A DNA stretch of 64,000 bases from Candidatus Bathyarchaeia archaeon (GTDB lineage Archaea > Thermoproteota > Bathyarchaeia > Bathyarchaeales > Bathycorpusculaceae): NCBI GenBank assembly GCA_038883715.1, contig JAVZLS010000006.1:8255-72254 (forward strand), read 5' to 3'. Positions 59,890-64,000 of this stretch are shown piece after piece (the first letter of the stretch is position 1; the number at the start of each line of letters is the position of its first letter). The translations under genes were made by a program, and so were the position numbers. The notes beneath the pieces are model-generated. The model was not told the DNA's origin. It saw only the letters and a list, made by a program, of their open reading frames with translations, and ran no database searches.

Positions 59890-60078
59890 ATGACTCTTAT
59901 AAAATTTTTAACAATGCTATCAAAATTGACTAAAAAACTAAGCTTTTAACAGCGAATAAACACGAAAAAGCCTATAAAAAATTTTTAGAGCCTAAATTTT
60001 TCTCTTAAAAATGCTTATTACCAAAAAGCCCCTAAAAATAGCTGCAAAATCAAGCAAAAAGGAACAGTGACAGCGAGC

Positions 60079-61908
60079 ATGTGTGGAATATTCGGTTGCA
60101 TTCTGAAGGAGGGTGCCGCCGCAACATTAATTCATCAAGCTCTTAAAAGGCTTGAATACCGCGGCTACGACTCTGTGGGTGAAGCAACGATCCATAATGG
60201 AAAAATTTACATTAAAAAAGACGCTGGGAAAATAGACGAGGTTCACAAAATCCATAACCTTGACGACTTGCCAGGTTCCATAGGCATAGGTCACACAAGA
60301 TGGGCTACACATGGAGCACCGTTAATGATTAACGCGCACCCTCATGTTGATTGCGGTGGGCAAATAGCTGTGGTCCATAATGGAATCATCGAAAATTTCG
60401 CAGAACTGAAGCTTGAACTTGAAGGGAAAGGCCACATCTTTCAATCTAGAACTGATACGGAAGTTATAGCCCACCTTATTGAGGAGGCGTTTAAAACGAA
60501 TCCTTCTTTTGGGCTTGTGGATGCTGTCCTCGAAGCTGTGCGAAGGCTTGAGGGTTCCTACGCCATCGCAGTTATTTCGCCGAAAGAGCCGGACAAAATA
60601 GTTTGCGCCAGACATGAAAGTCCGCTTGTTGTTGGAATCGGAGAAAATGCACTTTACTGCGCCTCCGACATCCCAGCCTTTTTGCCATTAACCAACAAGG
60701 CAGTCATAATCGAAGATGGAGAACTGGCGACCCTATCTTTTGAAGGTCTTGAAATAAGAAAAATTGCAGACCTAAGCCCTGTTATCCGAGAGCCAAAGCT
60801 TATCGATTGGACCCCTGAAATGGCTGTTAAGCAGGGCTATCCCCACTTCATGTTAAAGGAGATTCATGAACAGCCCACATGCTTACGAAACACTTTGAGG
60901 CTACAGGAGCACTACCTTGACTTGATGGCAACTTTCTTGGACCGCGCAAAAGAAGTGTTCCTAGTGGCTTGTGGCACATCATACCACGCGTGTCTAGCAG
61001 CATCTTACATGTTTTCTAAACTAGCCTACCTAGCAACGTACCCCGTAATAGCTTCAGAATTCATCGAACAGCATGGAAAATCAGTGAACATTGACAGCAC
61101 AATTTTAGCGGTAAGCCAATCAGGCGAAACGGCAGATACTCTTGCCGCTGTCAACGCTGCCCGTCAAAGAGCAGCAACAATTCTCGGACTTACAAACGTT
61201 ATCGGCTCAACATTAACGAGAGTTTCACGGGTTTACATCAGCCAGCAGTCCGGACCAGAAATCGGCGTGGCTGCAACTAAAACCTTCACTTCGCAGCTTT
61301 CAGTTCTCGCCCAGCTGGCGCTGAGACTAGCAAAAAAGAGAGGTAAAATTTCGCAGGATGAAATGGACTTTATAGAGGCGAAGCTGAAGAAGCTTCCAGA
61401 CATTGTGGAAACAGTAATCACCACGCAAGAGGAGAAAGTAAAAAGCATAGCGAGAAAGTACAAGGATGCGAAGGTCTTCTTCTTTTTAGGGCGGGGTATA
61501 AGCACAGCCACAGCTTATGAGGGCAGGCTTAAACTCATGGAAATCGCCTACATCCCCTCAATCGCGTTTCCAGCCGGCGAAAGTAAACATGGACCAATAA
61601 GCCTCGTCGAAGAGGGATTCCCTGTGGTTTTCATATGTCCCAAAGACGATACACACAAGACTATAATAGGGAACATTATGGAGATGAAAGCTAGAGGAGC
61701 TAAAATAATGGCCATCATTGAAGAAGGTGACGAGGAAGTTAAAAGGTTAGCTGACGACTATGTTGAGGTGCCAATGGGCATACCGGATGTTTTGTCACCC
61801 ATACCCTTTGTTGTTCCGCTGCAGCTTTTGGCGTATTATATGGCTGTTGAAAGGGGATACGACCCCGACAAGCCTAGAAACCTAGCAAAGTCTGTAACTG
61901 TAAAGTAG
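60079..61908 (+). CDS. glmS: Glutamine--fructose-6-phosphate aminotransferase
   Basis: MCGIFG, LEYRGYDS, GHTRWATHG, SQSGETADT, PRNLAKSVTV. Confidence 0.97.
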   Translation: MCGIFGCILKEGAAATLIHQALKRLEYRGYDSVGEATIHNGKIYIKKDAGKIDEVHKIHNLDDLPGSIGIGHTRWATHGAPLMINAHPHVDCGGQIAVVHNGIIENFAELKLELEGKGHIFQSRTDTEVIAHLIEEAFKTNPSFGLVDAVLEAVRRLEGSYAIAVISPKEPDKIVCARHESPLVVGIGENALYCASDIPAFLPLTNKAVIIEDGELATLSFEGLEIRKIADLSPVIREPKLIDWTPEMAVKQGYPHFMLKEIHEQPTCLRNTLRLQEHYLDLMATFLDRAKEVFLVACGTSYHACLAASYMFSKLAYLATYPVIASEFIEQHGKSVNIDSTILAVSQSGETADTLAAVNAARQRAATILGLTNVIGSTLTRVSRVYISQQSGPEIGVAATKTFTSQLSVLAQLALRLAKKRGKISQDEMDFIEAKLKKLPDIVETVITTQEEKVKSIARKYKDAKVFFFLGRGISTATAYEGRLKLMEIAYIPSIAFPAGESKHGPISLVEEGFPVVFICPKDDTHKTIIGNIMEMKARGAKIMAIIEEGDEEVKRLADDYVEVPMGIPDVLSPIPFVVPLQLLAYYMAVERGYDPDKPRNLAKSVTVK

Positions 61909-61967
61909 TGCATTCAAATTTGTAATGCAAATCAGTTAAATGCCTCAAATCCCTCTATCTTGATACG

Positions 61968-62683
<716 letters not shown>

Positions 62684-62687
62684 CTTT

Positions 62688-63992
62688 TTAGCCAGTTTCA
62701 AGTTTTTCCTTATACGCCGTTAAGTCTAGGAAACCATGTCCACTAATGTTCATGCAAATTACTTTTTCAACTCCGGCTTTTTCGGCTTTTATAGCCTCAT
62801 CTATTCCAGCGCGAATGGCGTAGCTGGATTCTGGAGCTGGCAACCACCCCTCGCTTTGAAGGAAAATTCTTGCCGCTTCAAAAATAGCCTTTTCATCCGT
62901 AGGGTAAGCCACTGCCTTCACCAGTCCATGATGCCTTAAGAGGCTTATTATTGGGGCAGCCGCATGATAGCGAAGACCGTCGGCCTTTATGGGTGGCATC
63001 TCAATCTTATGCCCCAAAGTGTAAACTTTCAAGAGTGGTGTATATTCAGCTACGTCGCAAAAATCATAACGATATTCGCCCTTAACAAGGTTAGGCGCGG
63101 CCATTGATTGAGCGGCCAAAAACTCGCATTCCCTCTTCCTTCTTAAAACCTCTCCTATGAAAGGTAAGGCTATACCTCCAAAGTTCGAGCCTCCTCCAAG
63201 ACAACCAATTATTAAGTCCGGTTTTTCATCTATAAGGTCAAACTGTTTCATGGCTTCCAATCCGATTATGGATTGGTGCATCAGCACATGGTTGAGAACA
63301 GAGCCTAGACAATAAACAGCATCTTCATGGGTTTCTGCATATTCTAGACCTTCTGAAATTGCTATTCCCAACGAGCCTGGATGTTCAGGATTCTTGGAGA
63401 GAACCTCTTTGCCAATCTTTGTCTGCTGACTTGGTGAAGCGTAAACCTTCGCGCCCAAAAGCTTCATTAACGTTTTTCTATCCGTTTTCCAGTCATAAAC
63501 AGATTTAACCCAGAAAACTACGCAGTCCAAACCCAAGAGCCGTGCAGCATAGGAAAGAGCCGTACCCCACTGCCCGGCGCCAGTCTCCGTTGTTAATGTC
63601 ATTTTTCCCTCTTTCATAGCGTAATAGGCTTGAGCAACCGCCGTGTTAGTTTTATGAGAACCTGTCGGAGACAAATCTTCCCGCTTGTAATAGAGCCTAA
63701 CCTTCTTCAGTCCCAAATATTTCGCTAATCTTATCGCACGATAAAGGGGTCTAGGCCTACCCATATGAAGGTAAAGTTCACGCACTTCTTCCGGAATCGG
63801 AATCCAACGCTCACTTGACATCTCCTGCCTTAAACATTCTTTCACCATGGTCTTAGCCAAAAACTCCATTCGCGACGGACCGGTTTCCGGCTCCCTTGGA
63901 GGCGGAAGCGGCTCAGGCAAGTCTGGTAAGATGTTATACCATTTTGTTGGAAGCTCGTCTACTGGAAGCGGAATTTGGCTGCGCATTCTCAT
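62688..63992 (-). CDS. trpB2: Second tryptophan synthase beta type 2 (TrpB2) paralog
   Basis: WYNILPDLP, PTGSHKTNTA, TETGAGQWG, GGGSN, ADGLRYH, SGHGFLDL. Confidence 0.9.
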   Translation of the reverse strand: MRMRSQIPLPVDELPTKWYNILPDLPEPLPPPREPETGPSRMEFLAKTMVKECLRQEMSSERWIPIPEEVRELYLHMGRPRPLYRAIRLAKYLGLKKVRLYYKREDLSPTGSHKTNTAVAQAYYAMKEGKMTLTTETGAGQWGTALSYAARLLGLDCVVFWVKSVYDWKTDRKTLMKLLGAKVYASPSQQTKIGKEVLSKNPEHPGSLGIAISEGLEYAETHEDAVYCLGSVLNHVLMHQSIIGLEAMKQFDLIDEKPDLIIGCLGGGSNFGGIALPFIGEVLRRKRECEFLAAQSMAAPNLVKGEYRYDFCDVAEYTPLLKVYTLGHKIEMPPIKADGLRYHAAAPIISLLRHHGLVKAVAYPTDEKAIFEAARIFLQSEGWLPAPESSYAIRAGIDEAIKAEKAGVEKVICMNISGHGFLDLTAYKEKLETG

Positions 63993-64000
63993 CTCACCTT

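Overview
Gene-dense archaeal chromosomal window, mostly housekeeping and metabolic genes. The combination of an HMf-type histone, ribosomal proteins S17e/S25e/S26e, Rpo6, thermosome, arcadin-1 and a PEF-CTERM beta-helix surface protein points to a TACK archaeon, most likely Bathyarchaeia (inference). I found no rRNA, tRNA, CRISPR array or intact mobile element. The main finding is that the protein-L-isoaspartate methyltransferase gene (pcm, 61968-62683) is interrupted inside its conserved SAPHM motif by a 32-nt insert (62161-62192). The insert folds into a bulge-helix-bulge (BHB) splicing substrate, and excision at the canonical endonuclease sites restores both the reading frame and the motif. 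This looks like an archaeal mRNA intron in a gene where I know of none described. The second finding is a trpY / trpB2 / serK-like module with TRP-box-like operators, suggesting regulated indole salvage fed by its own serine kinase. Also noted: a proline-racemase-family enzyme with an atypical Cys/Ala dyad, an ArcE-like arginine synthetase candidate, a GMP synthase B with a duplicated C-terminal domain, an orphan arcadin-1, two frameshifted genes and a degenerate intergenic repeat. All family assignments come from motif recognition by eye, not from database searches.
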